This document shows, one piece after another, positions 28,268 to 44,120 of a stretch of 64,000 nucleotides of DNA. Within the stretch, counting starts at the first letter, position 1. Every line of letters starts with the position of its first letter. This DNA is from Anaeramoeba ignava BMAN (Eukaryota; Protista; Anaeramoebae), in the NCBI GenBank assembly GCA_028826165.1, contig JAPDFW010000030.1:1-64000 (forward strand). Reading direction: 5' to 3'. The translations under genes were made by a program, and so were the position numbers. Below the pieces are notes generated by a model. The model ran no database searches, was not told the DNA's origin, and saw only the letters and a program-made list of their open reading frames with translations.

Positions 28268-30510
28268 ATTAATCAATTTAATTTCCAATTTATTTATAAT
28301 TTATATTCAAAAATAAAAATCAATTTCTCTCTATATATAAAATATATAAATTTAATTTTCAATTTAATTTTCAATTTAAATTAAAAATAAAAAAAATCAA
28401 TTTATTTATATATATTATAAACAAATTTATAATAAAATAATTAATTAATTTAATTTTCAATTTATTTATAATTTATATTCAAAAATAAAAATAAAAATCA
28501 ATTTCTCTCTATATATAAAATATATAAATTTAATTTTCAATTTATTTATAATTTAAATTAAAAATAAAAATCAATTTATTTATATATATTATAAAACAAA
28601 TTTATAACAAAATAATTAATCAATTTAATTTCCAATTTATTTATAATTTATATTCAAAAATAAAAATCAATTTCTCTCTATATGTAAAATATATAAATTT
28701 AATTTCAATTTATTTTTAATTCAAATTAAAAATAAAAATCAATTTATTTATATATATTATAAACAAATTTATAATAAAATAATTAATTAATTTAATTTCC
28801 AATTTATTTATAATTTATATTCAAAAATAAAAATCAATTTCTCTCTATATATAAAATATATAAATTTAATTTTCAATTTATTTTTAATTTAAATTAAAAA
28901 TAAAAAAATCAATTTATTTATATATATTATAAACAAATTTATAACAAAATAATTAATAAATTTAATTTTCAATTTATTTATAATTTATATTCAAAAATAA
29001 AAATCGATTTCTCTTTATATATAAAATATATAAATTTATTTTCAATTTATTTATAATTTAAATTTAAAAATAAAAAAATCAATTTATTTATATATATAAT
29101 AAACAAATTTATAACAAAATAATTAATTAATTTAATTTCCAATTTATTTATAATTTATATTCAAAAATAAAAATCAATTTCTCTCTATATATAAAATATA
29201 TAAATTTAATTTTCAATTTATTTATAATTTAAATTAAAAATAAAAATCAATTTATTTATATATATTATAAACAAATTTATAATAAAATAATTAATCAATT
29301 TAATTTCCAATTTATTTATAATTTATATTCAAAAATAAAAATCAATTTCTCTCTATATATAAAATATATAAATTTAATTTTTAATTTATTTATAATTCAA
29401 ATTAAAAATAAAAAAATCAATTTATTTATATATATTATAAACAAATTTATAATAAAATAATTAATTAATTTAATTTCAATTTATTTATAATTTAAATTCA
29501 AAAATAAAAATCAATTTCTCTCTATATATAAAATATATAAATTTAATTTTCAATTTATTTGAATTTAAATCAAAAATAAAAAAATCAATTTATTTATATA
29601 TATTATAAACAAATTTATAACAAAATAATTAATTAATTTAATTTTCAATTTCTTTATAATTTATATTCAAAAATAAAAATCAATTTCTCTCTATATATAA
29701 AATATATAAATTTATTTTTAATTTATTTTATAATTTAAAATTAAAAATAAAAAAATCAATTTATTTATATATATTATAAACAAATTTATAATAAAATAAT
29801 TAATAAATTTAATTTCCAATTTATTTATAATTTATATTCAAAAATAAAAAAATCAATTTCTCTCTATATATAAAATATATAAATTTAATTTTTCAATTTA
29901 TTTACAATTTAAATTTAAAAATAAAAAAAATCAATTTATTTATATATATTATAAACAAATTTATAACAAAATAATTAATTAATTTAATTTTCAATTTATT
30001 TATAATTTAAATTCAAAAATAAAAATCAATTTCTCTCTATATATAAAATATATAAATTTAATTTTTCAATTTATTTGAATTTAAATTAAAAATAAAAAAA
30101 TCAATTTATTTATATATATTATAAACAAATTTATAACAAAATAATTAATTAATTTAATTTTCAATTTATTTATAATTTATATTCAAAAATAAAAATCAAT
30201 TTCTCTCTATATATAAAATATATAAATTTAATTTTTAATTTATTTATAATTCAAATTAAAAATAAAAATCAATTTATTTATATATATTATAAACAAATTT
30301 ATAACAAAATAATTTATAATTTAATTTTCAATTTATTTATAATTTATATTCAAAAATAAAAATCAATTTCTCTCTATATATAAAATATATAAATTTAATT
30401 TTTCAATTTATTTATAATTTAAATTAAAAATAAAAAAAATCAATTTATTTATATATATTATAAACAAATTTATAATAAAATAATTTATAAATTTAAATTC
30501 AAAAATAAAA
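28268..30510 (+). repeat. ~170 bp satellite A array (~13 units)
   Basis: Same unit as 17155-19320. Confidence 0.95.
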
Positions 30511-32029
30511 AATCAATAATTTCAAAAATCTAAATTTATACTTATTTATATCATTATTTATATTTATAATTTATCAAAGGTAATTAATTAATTAAATTTC
30601 TTTTTCACTTCATTTAGATTCAATTTATCTGATTATTATCTATTATTTATTTATTTATTATTTTAAATTATTTTATTTTTATTAAATAAATTTTGATTTG
30701 GAAAATATCAATCAATTAATTAATAATCAATCAATAATTTATTTCTAATTCATTTCATTTTTTTTTCATTTCCAAAATTTAAATTTAAATCAAAATTTAA
30801 ATTCAAAATCAAATTCAAATTCAAATCAAATTAAATTCAAAATTTAAATCAAATTCAAAATTCAAAATCTATTGATAATTTGTTCTGAAAATAAAATCTA
30901 AATATAAATATAAAAACAAAATCAAATTGATATTATTTTTATATGTTTTATTTAGAAACAAAAAAAAATCATCAAATTTGTTTTGTTTTGTTTGTTTCAT
31001 TTCTTTTAATATTTTTATCTAAAATAAATAAATTAAAAATCCAATTTTTCTTTTTCTTTTCTTTTCTTTTTTTATTGATTCAAAATATTCCATAAAAATA
31101 AAAATAAAAAAAAATTGATTATTAATTTTTTTATAAGTTTTTGGAATTCCTTAAAATGTCTGTATTCATTTTAAAATATTTATCATTTTATTATTTTTAT
31201 TATTTTATTATTTATTTTAATAAATTTTAATTTATTAAATTTTATTTTTATTCTTAATTTTTATTTTAATTTTAATTAAATATTTTTATTTATAAATTAT
31301 ATTTTATTATTTATATTTTATTATTTATTTTTATTATTATTTATTTAATTATTTTTATTTATTTTGAAAACTTTTTATTTCAAGACAATTTAATATCTAA
31401 ATCCAAAACTACTTTATTAACTAATTTACTTGTAAGTTTATTTTAATTCACAAAATTTATAAATTTATAAATTAATTAATTAATTTTACTTATATTTATA
31501 TTAGATAAAATCTTTATTTTATTCATTTTCAATTCTTCCAAAAAAAAAATCATTATTTATAATCCACAATTTACCAAAATTAATTAATTAATTATTTATT
31601 TATTTATTGAATTAATGAAACTTCTTTTTCACTTCATTTAGATTAGATTAGATTATATTAGATTCAATTTATCTGATTATTTATTTATTTATTATTATTC
31701 ATTTATTAATTTATTCCAAATTATTTTTATTTATATTTTTATTTATAAATAAATGGATTTTGATTTGGAAAATATCATTAATTAATTAATTAATAAATTA
31801 TTTCTAATTTTCATTTTTCATTTTTCATTTTTTCATTTTTTTTTCTTAGAAGAATAAAAATAAAATAAAAATAAAAATAAAAATTACCTTCAGAAAATGA
31901 AAGGAAATCTCAAAAACTAATAAAATATTCAATCCAATCCAATCCAATTCAATTCAATTCAATTCAATTCAATTCAATTCAAAAGTAAATTTATTTATTT
32001 ATTTATTTAAAAATTTAATTTTATTTCTA

Positions 32030-33100
32030 TTTCAATTATAAATAATTAAATAATAAATTTAAATTAATTATTTTATTTCTATTATTTATTTTATATTTAT
32101 TTTAAATTATAAAATTATATTTTATTATTTATTTTTATTATTAATTATTTAATTTAATATTTTTTTATTTCAATTAAAAAGAATTCAAATAATAAAATTT
32201 AAATTAATTATTTTATTTCTATTATTAATTTCATATTTATTTTAATTATAAAAATTTAATTTAATTTATAAATTAATTAATTTTATTTTTATATTTTTAT
32301 TTCAATTTATTCCAAAAATCATTATTTTAATTTATAAAATTATAATTAATTATTTAATTATTTAATTAATTATTTTTATTATTCTTTTTCAATTATAAAT
32401 TAATTAAATAATAAATTTAAATTAATATCTGATTATTTATTTATTTATTTATTCATTTATTTATTTATTTATTCATTTATTACTTAAAATTATTTTTGTT
32501 TTTATTATTTGTTTTGAAATAAATTTTGATTTGGAAAATATCATTAAAAATTAATAATTAATTTTTTATTTTTATTATTTTTTTATTTTTCAAAAATTTT
32601 AATTTTAAAAATAATATCAATAAAATGAAAGGAAATTTAATAAGAGAATAAAATTTTAATCCAATTCAATTCAATTCAATTCAATTTCAAAATTTTTAAA
32701 TTTATTTTTAAAAATTTAAAAATTTAAAATTTAATTTTATTTTTATTTTCAATTATAAATAATTAAATAATAAATTTAATTTAATTATTTATTTCTATTA
32801 ATTTTATATTTATTTCAAATTATAAAATTATTTTTATTAATTTATTTATTTATTTATTTATTTAAAATTTAAAAATTTAATTTTATTTTTATTTCAATTA
32901 TAAATAATTAAATAATAAATTTAAATTAATTATTTTATTTCTATTATTAATTTTATATTTATTTCAAATTATAAAATTATATTTTATTATTTATTTTTAT
33001 TATTAATTATTTATTTAATTATTTATATTATTTTATTTCAATTATAAATAATTAAATAATAAATTTAAATTAATTATTTTATTTCTATTATTAATTTTAA
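32030..33100 (+). repeat. Satellite B array, degenerate and interleaved with X-like sequence
   Basis: B landmarks present but broken; X landmarks at ~32420-32680. Confidence 0.65.
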
Positions 33101-34010
33101 AATTATTTTAACATAAAATTATCAAAAATAATTGAATTTTAAAATTTATTAAAAATTTGTTTTGAAAGATTTTACAATTTTAGAATAAAAATTTTTTTAA
33201 TTTATTATTTCAATTCTGTTTTTCTTTTGATTTTCCTTTTTAATTTTTAATTGTTTTATTTTCTAAAACTTTTTATTTTTTTCTTAGATTTTAAATTTTT
33301 TATTTTGAATTATTAGTTTTTCAACCTTAAAATTCTTTTAATTTCAAAATAATTCATTTGATTATTTTTATTTCAATTCTAAAGGAGCCTATAGATATTA
33401 AATTTTTAAATTTATTTTTTATTATTTTAAAATTTTATTTTCAAATATTTATTGAATTTAATTTTCTTGTTTAAGATTTCTTTTGTTAAATTTTTGAGTC
33501 AAATAACAGGAACTTATTTATAATTTTATTTTTATTTATATTTATTTTTATTTTAGATATTATAAATATTTTGAGTTAAATCAAAATAGATTAATATTAA
33601 TTTGATCAAAATTTTTATTAATTAAATCATTTTCAAATTTATTTATGGAATTTAATTATTTAAATAAAATCTATTTTTATTTTTATTTTTATCCATTATT
33701 TATTTTATTTAATTAAATAATTTGAGATTTATTTTTATTTAAATTTATATTGAAAATATTAATTTAATTTAAATATTTAAATTATTTTTATTTTATTTCT
33801 ATTTTTTTTTTTCTTTTTATAATTTTTTTGGAAAATTAATTTAAATTTGATGACTTTTATTTGTATAAAAAGGGGTATTTTTAATTTAGAAAATTATTTT
33901 AAATAAATTTTGAATTTATTTTTTTTTTGAAATACGAAAAGAATATTTAATTAATTTTTAAAAACAAATGATAATAATTAAAATTGAAAAAATAGGAAAT
34001 TTATATTTTA
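33100..34010. mobile_element. Degraded or garbled second copy of the 22181-23334 insertion
   Basis: Colinear remnants caaccttaaaattcttt, aaggagcctatagat, tttgagtcaaa, ggggtattttt, tgaaatacgaaaagaatatt. Confidence 0.6.
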
Positions 34011-34496
34011 TTTTATTATTTTATTTCTATTATTTTATTTTTATTATTATTTTTATTAGGTTAAATAGGTTTTAAATTGAAAATTTTGATTAGTGCTTTT
34101 ATTTTTAAAAACAAAAACAAAAATTCATTTCAAACATTTTAATTAATGTAATCTTTTATAAAATCAAAAATCAAAAATCAAAAATGAAAAAGAATTTATA
34201 ATTAATTTTATTTAATTGATTCTAAATTAATTATTTAAGATTCAAAAATAATTAACAAAATTTTTTATTTATTTAAAATGTAATCAAAAATTTAATCAAT
34301 ATTAATTATTTATAATAATATTTTATATTTTATTAATTTTTCTTTCAATATAAATAATCAAAACAAAAACTATTCATTAAAAAATAAATTTATTAATATT
34401 AATTTAAATTTTTAATTTTTAATTTTAATTTTAATTTACATTTTTATTGAAGGAAATTTTTCTCTGTTGATAATTTAAAACAAAATGAAAATAAAT

Positions 34497-35017
34497 TGAT
34501 TGATTTTCAGATTGAAAAAGATTTATTTTAAATTGATTTTCAGATTTATTTTTTCAGATTTATTTTCAAATTTATTTTAAATTTATTTTCAAAATTTAAA
34601 AAGATTTATTTTTATTTATTTATTTTTAATTTATTTTATTTATTTCAGATTGATTTTTATTTTATTTATACAAGATTTAAAAATAATTTATTTTATATTT
34701 TATTTTTTTAGATTATTTTATTTTTTTCAAAAATTTTCAAAATTTATTTTCAAAAAAATTTTTAAGATTTATTTTTAAGATTTATTTTTCAGATTTATTT
34801 TAAAAATTTTAAAATTTTTATTTTTTCAGATTGATTTTCAAAAATCAAAACAATTTTTTTTGATTTTAATTTTTAAAAAAGATTGATTTCAGATTTATTT
34901 AAAAGATTTATTTTAAGATTTATTTTCAATTTATTTTTAAGATTTATTTTTAAGATTGATTTTCAGATTGATTTTTTTTTTCATTTTTAAGATTTATTTT
35001 CAGATTGATTTTCAGAA
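34497..35017 (+). repeat. 12 bp minisatellite C, degenerate
   Basis: Broken gatttattttca / gattgattttca units at the position expected from unit 1. Confidence 0.75.
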
Positions 35018-35259
35018 TTGGATATTTATTTATTTGGCTTTTTTGTTGTTGATTTAGAAACTATTGAATGAATTTTACAAAACAAAATTTATTTTCATTT
35101 AAAATACAAATAAAACAACAATTTTTAAAATTTATTTATTTTTATATTTAATTTATATTTATATTTATATTTATATTTCAATATTTCTATTTTTATTTAA
35201 TATTTATTTGTTTATTCAATAAAATAAAATAAAAGATTTTGATTTTTATTTATTTATTT

Positions 35260-36280
35260 TTAATTTTAGATTACATATTAATATAAATATTTATATTTAA
35301 TATTTAATTAATATTTAATAAATATTTTATTTATATTCATTATTTATAATTAATATTTATATCTATTTATTATATTTAATTTATTTATTAAATTTATTTT
35401 AAATATGATTAATTTAATTTTATTTTAATTTTTAATTTGATAAATTTAGATTACATATTAATATAAATATTTATATTAATAATTAAATTAATAATTAATA
35501 AATATTTTATTTATATTCATTATTTATAATTAATATTTATATCTATTTATTATATTTAATTTATTTATTAAATTTATTTTAAATATGATTAATTTAATTT
35601 AATTTTTAATTTGATAAATTTAGATTACAAATTAATATAAATATTTATATTTATATTAATATTTAATTTAATATTTTTATTTTTATTTTTATATTTTAAT
35701 TAATATTTATATCTATTTATTATATTTAATTAATTTATTAAATTTATTTTAAATATGATTAATTTAATTTTATTTTTAATTTGATAAATTTAGATTAAAT
35801 TAATATATTTATATTAATAATTAATTAATAATTAATAAATATTTTATTTATATTCATTATTTATAATTAATATTTTATATCTATTTATTATATTTAATTT
35901 ATTTATTAAATTTTATTTTTAAATATGATTAATTTAATTTTATTTTAATTTTTAATTTGATAAATTTAGATTACAAATTAATATAAATATTTATATTAGT
36001 AATTAATTAATATTTAATTAATATTTTATTTATATTCATTATTTATAATTAATATTTATATCTATTTATTATATTTAATTTATTTATTAAATTTATTTTA
36101 AATATAATTAATTTAATTTTATTTTAATTTTTAATTTGTTAAATTTAGATTACAAATTAATATAAATATTTATATTAATATTTAATTAATAATTAATAAA
36201 TATTTTATTTATATTCATTATTTATAATTAATATTTATATCTATTTATTATATTTAATTTATTTATTAAATTTAAATTTA
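35260..36280 (+). repeat. ~180 bp satellite D array (~6 units)
   Basis: Same unit as 24685-25730. Confidence 0.9.
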
Positions 36281-38810
36281 ATAGGATAATCAATCAAAAA
36301 TGAAAAATGAAAAAAATAAAATTAAATGTTTTAAGAGAATAAATCTGAATTAATTTTCTTGATGATTGTATATATTAATTTCTTTTGTTATGAGATTTAT
36401 TGTTATTTAAGATTAAAAAAAATGGGATTTGATTGTAAAATTTTTTTTTCTAGTTTGTAATCAGAATAAAATAACATTTTCAACAACAAAACAAAACAAA
36501 AACAAAACAAAAACTTTGGAAACAATAAAAAAGACAGAAACAATTCAAAATAAACAAAGAAAAACTTTGAAAAATAAAAATATATTCTCACATTCAAACA
36601 AGTTTTCAGGAAATCAAAATAAAAAGAAAAATCAAAAAAAAATATCCAATCAAGAAAAAAGAGAGAAATATTTCCTAAAAGGATTAAAACAGATCAGTTA
36701 AATTTCATTTCTTTATTGAGGATAATGGAATAAATGAAATTTTTTTTTTTCAAATTTTTGATTTTAAATTAAATATAATTTTTGATTCTTAATAAGGGTT
36801 TAGTTGAGAGAAAAACAAATTAATTTGCAAAAATGAATGAATCTAATCAAAAATGAAAGAGAAGGGAAAAAATAATTTTAATTTATTCAATTTAAAAAAA
36901 AAACACATTTTATTGATTTGATTAATTTACTCAATTTTTCTTTTTTTTTCTTGATTTTTGATTTTTTCTTTTTCCGCAAAATGAGTTTTGAATTGAAGAG
37001 AAAAAAAGTGATTATTTGCAATTTTAGATAAAATTTATTGAATCAAGTTTATTCAAATATGTATTCAAATTTTTAAAAATATTTATAACTCACAAATGTA
37101 TTGAATATATATAATTTATTCAAATTTAGATTATAAATTTATATCTAATTAATAATTTATTAATATTCATTATTTATAATAAATATTAATTTCTATTTAA
37201 TATATTTAATTTAATATTATTTATTTATTTATTTATTAATTTCATTCTATTTTAAATATAATTTATTTAATAATTTTATTATTTTTAATTTTAATTTTTA
37301 TTTTTAATAACAAATTCAATCAAATAATAATTTACAAAAATTTAATATTTGCAAATTATTTAATAAAATATTTTTATCATTTAATTTTTTTTAATTGATT
37401 TTTATGATTTTGTATTGATATTATTTGAAAATATATAAATATAAATATAAATATAAATTTTATTAAATTTTATTTTCTATTTTTGAAATAATGAATTAAC
37501 ATTTATTTCTTTTCATTTATTATTATTTTCATTTTCAATCCAAAAAAATAAAATAAAAATATAAAAATATGAATAAAAATATATAAATAAAAATATATTT
37601 TATTTATTAAATATTTTTTTGATTTGATTTTCTAATTCTTTTCCATTTTTTTTGGAATAATTAATATTTCTTTTTATTCAAAATTTCATTTTAATTTCAA
37701 TTCATATTTATATTTTATTTATAAATAAATAAATAAATATTTTTGATTTAATTCATTTTAATTTATTTTTTTTATGAATTTAGGAAAATAAAAATATATA
37801 AATTTGAAATGAAAAATAATAAATCAAAAATGAATATATAATTAATAAATATATAATAATAAATATCAATTCAAAATATATCTAATATAAAATGTTTAAA
37901 AAATAAAAAATAAATTTTTAAAAGTAGAAATCAAAATAAATAATATTTTTTTTATCAACTTTATTTCAATTTATATAAATATAAATCAAAAAAAAAATCA
38001 AAAATTTATTCCAATTTATATATTTCAATAATAAATATTAAATCAAAAATATATTTTATTAATTAAATATTCTTTTTTTTTGATTTGATTTTCTAATTCT
38101 AATTCTTTTCCATTTTTTTTTTTGGAATAATTAATATTTCTTTTATTCAAAATTTCATTTTAATTTCAAACAAATAAATCAATAAAATAAATAAAAATAA
38201 AATAATATTTGAATTAATAATAAAATAAAAAATGAATATTAATTATATTATATAAATATAATGAATGAATATATAATTAATAAATATATAATAATAAATA
38301 TCAATTCAAAATATATATAATATAAAATGTTTAAAAAATAAAAATAAATTTTTAAAAGTATAAATCAAAATAAATAATATTTTTTTATCAACTTTATTTC
38401 AATTTATATAAATATAAATCAAAAAAAATAAAAAAAATCAAATTTTATTCTAATTTATATATTTTTAAACATTTTCAATAATAAATATTAAATCAAAATA
38501 TATATTCAAAATTAATATAATAATGGAATCAAATTTATTATCAATATTATATTAATAAATAATATAATAAATATAATATCAGAATAATAAATATATTAAT
38601 AAAAATATATTTTATTAAATATTCTTTTTGGATTTGATTTTTATTTTGTAATTCTTTTATATTTTTAGAATAATTATTTATTTATTTTCATTTATTATTT
38701 TATTCAAAATTTCATTTTAATTTCATTTACAATTTAATTTATTTTAAATATAATTTAATTTCATTTTCATTTTCAATTTCATTTTCATTTCATATTTATA
38801 TATATAATTA
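36280..38810 (+). repeat. Linker W, second copy
   Basis: Near-identical to 25730-28265. Confidence 0.88.
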
Positions 38811-41745
38811 ATCAATTTAATTTCCAATTTATTTATAATTTATATTCAAAAATAAAAAATCAATTTCTCTCTATATATAAAATATATAAATTTAATTTTC
38901 AATTTATTTATAATTTAAATTAAAAATAAAAAATCAATTTATTTATATATATTATAAACAAATTTATAACAAAATAATTAATTAATTTAATTTCCAATTT
39001 ATTTATAATTTATATTCAAAAATAAAAATCAATTTCTCTCTATATATAAAATATATAAATTTAATTTTCAATTTATTTTAATTTAAATTAAAAATAAAAA
39101 TCAATTTATTTATATATATTATAAACAAATTTATAACAAAATAATTAATTAATTTAATTTTCAATTTATTTATAATTTATATTCAAAAATAAAAATCAAT
39201 TTCTCTCTATATATATATAAAATATAAATTTAATTTTCAATTTATTTTATAATTTCAAATTAAAAATAAAAATCAATTTATTTATATATATTATAAACAA
39301 ATTTATAACAAAAATAATTAATTAATTTAATTTCAATTTATTTATAATTTATATTCAAAAATAAAAATCAATTTCTCTCTATATATAAAATATATAAATT
39401 TAATTTTCAATTTATTTATAATTTAAATTAAAAATAAAAAAATCAATTTATTTATATATATTATAAACAAATTTATAATAAAATAATTTAATTAATTTAA
39501 TTTTCAATTTATTTATAATTTATATTCAAAAATAAAAATCAATTTCTCTCTATATATAAAATATATAAATTTAATTTTCAATTTATTTATAATTTAAATT
39601 AAAAATAAAAAAATCAATTTATTTATATATATTATAAACAAATTTATAACAAAATAATTAATTAATTTAATTTCCAATTTATTTATAATTTATATTCAAA
39701 AATAAAAAATCAATTTCTCTCTATATATAAAATATATAAATTTAATTTTCAATTTATTTATAATTTAAATTAAAAATAAAAAAAATCAATTTATTTATAT
39801 ATATTATAAACAAATTTATAACAAAATAATTAATTAATTTAATTTCAATTTATTTATAATTTATATTCAAAAATAAAAAATCAATTTCTCTATATATAAA
39901 ATATATAAATTTAATTTTCAATTTATTTATAATTTAAATTAAAAATAAAAAAATCAATTTATTTATATATATTATAAACAAATTTATAACAAAATAATTT
40001 AATTAATTTAATTTCCAATTTATTTATAATTTATATTCAAAAATAAAAAATCAATTTCTCTCTATATATAAAATATATAAATTTAATTTTCAATTTATTT
40101 ATAATTTAAATTAAAAATAAAAAAATCAATTTATTTATATATATTATAAACAAATTTATAACAAAATAATTAATTAATTTAATTCCCAATTTATTTATAA
40201 TTTATATTCAAAAATAAAAATCAATTTCTCTCTATATATAAAATATATAAATTTAATTTTCAATTTATTTATAATTTAAATTCAAAAATAAAAAAATCAA
40301 TTTATTTATATATATTATAAAAACAAATTTATAACAAAATAATTAATTAATTTAATTTCCAATTTATTTATAATTTATATTCAAAAATAAAAAATCAATT
40401 TCTCTCTATATATAAAATATATAAATTTAATTTTCAATTTATTTATAATTTAAATTCAAAAATAAAAAAATCAATTTATTTATATATATTATAAACAAAT
40501 TTATAACAAAATAATTAATTAATTTAATTTCAATTTATTTATAATTTATATTCAAAAATAAAAAATCAATTTCTCTCTATATATAAAATATATAAATTTA
40601 TTTTTCAATTTATTTATAATTTAAATTTAAAAATAAAAAATCAATTTATTTATATATATTATAAACAAATTTATAACAAAATAATTAATTAATTTAATTT
40701 TCAATTTATTTATAATTTATATTCAAAAAATAAAAAATCAATTTCTCTCTATATATAAAATATATAAATTTATTTTTCAATTTATTTATAATTTAAATTA
40801 AAAATAAAAAAATCAATTTATTTATATATATTATAAACAAATTTATAACAAAATAATTAATTAATTTAATTTCCAATTTATTTATAATTTATATTCAAAA
40901 AATAAAAAATCAATTTCTCTCTATATATAAAATATATAAATTTAATTTTCAATTTATTTATAATTTAAATTAAAAATAAAAAAATCAATTTATTTATATA
41001 TATTATAAACAAATTTATAATAAAATAATTAATTAATTTAATTTCCAATTTATTTATAATTTATATTCAAAAAATAAAAAATCAATTTCTCTCTATATAT
41101 AAAATATATAAATTTAATTTTCAATTTATTTATAATTTAAATTAAAAATAAAAAAAATCAATTTATTTATATATATTATAAACAAATTTATAATAAAAAT
41201 AATTAATTAATTTAATTTCCAATTTATTTATAATTTATATTCAAAAAATAAAAAATCAATTTCTCTCTATATATAAAATATATAAATTTAATTTTTCAAT
41301 TTATTTATAATTTAAATTTAAAAATAAAAAAATCAATTTATTTATATATATTATAAACAAATTTATAACAAAATAATTAATTAATTTAATTTCAATTTAT
41401 TTATAATTTATATTCAAAAATAAAAATCAATTTCTCTCTATATATAAAATATATAAATTTATTTTTCAATTTATTTATAATTTAAATTAAAAATAAAAAA
41501 ATCAATTTATTTATATATATTATAAACAAATTTATAATAAAATAATTAATTAATTTAATTTTCAATTTATTTATAATTTATATTCAAAAAATAAAAAATC
41601 AATTTCTCTCTATATATAAAATATATAAATTTAATTTTCAATTTATTTCAATTTAAATTAAAAATAAAAAAAATCAATTTATTTATATATATTATAAACA
41701 AATTTATAACAAAATAATTTATAAATTTAAATTCAAAAATAAAAA
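38810..41745 (+). repeat. ~170 bp satellite A array (~17 units)
   Basis: Same unit as 17155-19320, highly homogeneous. Confidence 0.95.
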
Positions 41746-44120
41746 ATCAATAATTTCAAAAATCTAAATTTATACTTATTTATATCATTATTTATATTTA
41801 TAATTTATCAAAGGTAATTAATTAATTAATTAAATTTCTTTTTTACTTCATTTAGATTCAATTTATCTGATTATTATCTATTATTTATTTATTTATTATT
41901 TTAAATTATTTTATTTTTATTAAATAAATTTTGATTTGGAAAATATCAATCAATTAATTAATAATCAATCAATAATTTATTTCTAATTCATTTCATTTTT
42001 TTTTCATTTCCAAAATTTAAATCAAAATTTAAATTCAAAATCAAAATCAAAATTCAAATCAAAAAAATTCAAAATCAAAAATTCAAATTCAAATTCAAAA
42101 TTTAAATCAAATTCAAAATTCAAAATCTATTGATAATTTGTTCTGAAAATAAAATCTAAATATAAATATAAAAAAAATCAAATTGATATTATTTTTATAT
42201 GTTTTATTTAGAAACAAAAAAAAATCATCAAATTTGTTTTGTTTTGTTTGTTTCATTTCTTTTAATATTTTTATCTAAAATAAATAAATTAAAAATCCAA
42301 TTTTTCTTTTTCTTTTCTTTTCTTTTTTTATTGATTCAAAATATTCCATAAAAATAAAAATAAAAAATAAAAAAATTGATTATTAATTTTTTTATAAGTT
42401 TTTGGAATTCCTTAAAATGTCTGTATTCATTTTAAAATATTTATTCATTTTATTTATTTTTTATTTTATTATTTTTATTATTAATAAATTTAAATTATTG
42501 ATTTTATTTCTATTCTTAATTTTATATTTAATTTAAATTATAAAATTATATTTTATTATTTATTTTTATTATTAATAAATTTAAATTATTTATTTTATTT
42601 CTATTATTAATTTTATATTTATTTTAAATTATAAAATTATATTTTATTATTTATTTTTATTATTAATTATTTAATTAATTATTTTTATTTATTTTGAAAA
42701 CTTTTTATTTCAAGACAATTTAATATCTAAATCCAAAACTACTTTATTAACTAATTTACTTGTAAGTTTATTTTAATTCACAAAATTTATAAATTTATAA
42801 ATTAATTAATTAATTTTACTTATATTTATATTAGATAAAATCTTTATTTTATTCATTTTCAATTCTTCCAAAAAAAAATCATTATTTATAATCCACAATT
42901 TACCAAAATTAATTAATTAATTATTTATTTATTTATTGAATTAATGAAACTTCTTTTTCACTTCATTTAGATTAGATTAGATTAGATTATATTAGATTCA
43001 ATTTATCTGATTATTTATTTATTTATTTATTATTCATTTATTAATTTATTCCAAATTATTTTTATTTATATTTTTATTTATAAATAAATGGATTTTGATT
43101 TGGAAAATATCATTAATTAATTAATAAATAAATTATTTCTAATTTTCATTTTTCATTTTTCATTTTTCATTTTTCATTTTTCATTTTTCATTTTTCTTAG
43201 AAGAATAAATATAAAAATAAAAATAAAAATAAAAATAAAAATTACCTTCAAAATGAAAGGAAATCTCAAAAACTAATAAAATATTCAATCCAATCCAATC
43301 CAATTCAATTCAATTCAATTCAATTCAAAAGTAAATTTATTTATTTATTTACTTTAAAAATTTAAAAATTTAATTTTATTTCTATTTCAATTATAAATAA
43401 TTAAATAATAAATTTAAATTAATTATTTTATTTCTATTATTAATTTTATATTTATTTTAAATTATAAAATTATATTTTATTATTTATTTTTATTATTAAT
43501 TATTTAATTAAATATTTTTATTATTTTTATTTCAATTATAAATAATTAAATAATAAATTTAAATTAATTATTTTATTTCTATTATTTAATTTATATTTAT
43601 TTTATTTTTATTATTTTTATTAGGTTAAATAGGTTTTAAATTGAAAATTTTGATTAGTGCTTTTATTTTTTAAAAACAAAAACAAAAAATATATTCACTT
43701 TCAAAAACATTTTAATTAATGTAATCTTTATAAAATCAAAAATCAAAAATCAAAAATCAAAAATGAAAAGAATTTATAATTAATTAATTGATTGATTCTA
43801 AATTAATTAATATAAGATTCAAAAATAATTAACAAAATCTTTTTAATTTATTTAAAATGTAATCAAAAATCAAAAAATCAAAAAATAATCAATATTAATA
43901 TTAATAATAATAATATTATTAAAATCAATTTTTCTTTCAATATAAATAATCAAAACAAAAAAAACTATTCATTAACAAAATAAATTTATTAATATTAATT
44001 CTAAATTTTTAATTTTTAATTTTAATTTTAATTTACATTTATTGAAGGAAATTTCTTATTGTTGTTGTTGTTGTTGTTGTTCTTGTTGATAATTTAAAAC
44101 AAAAATAACGAAAAATAAAT

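Noticed and set aside
36403-36701. Lys/Asn-rich ORFs in linker W
   Set aside because: Short and low-complexity, with no recognisable domain; the ORF track shows no equivalent in the sister copy at ~25.9 kb
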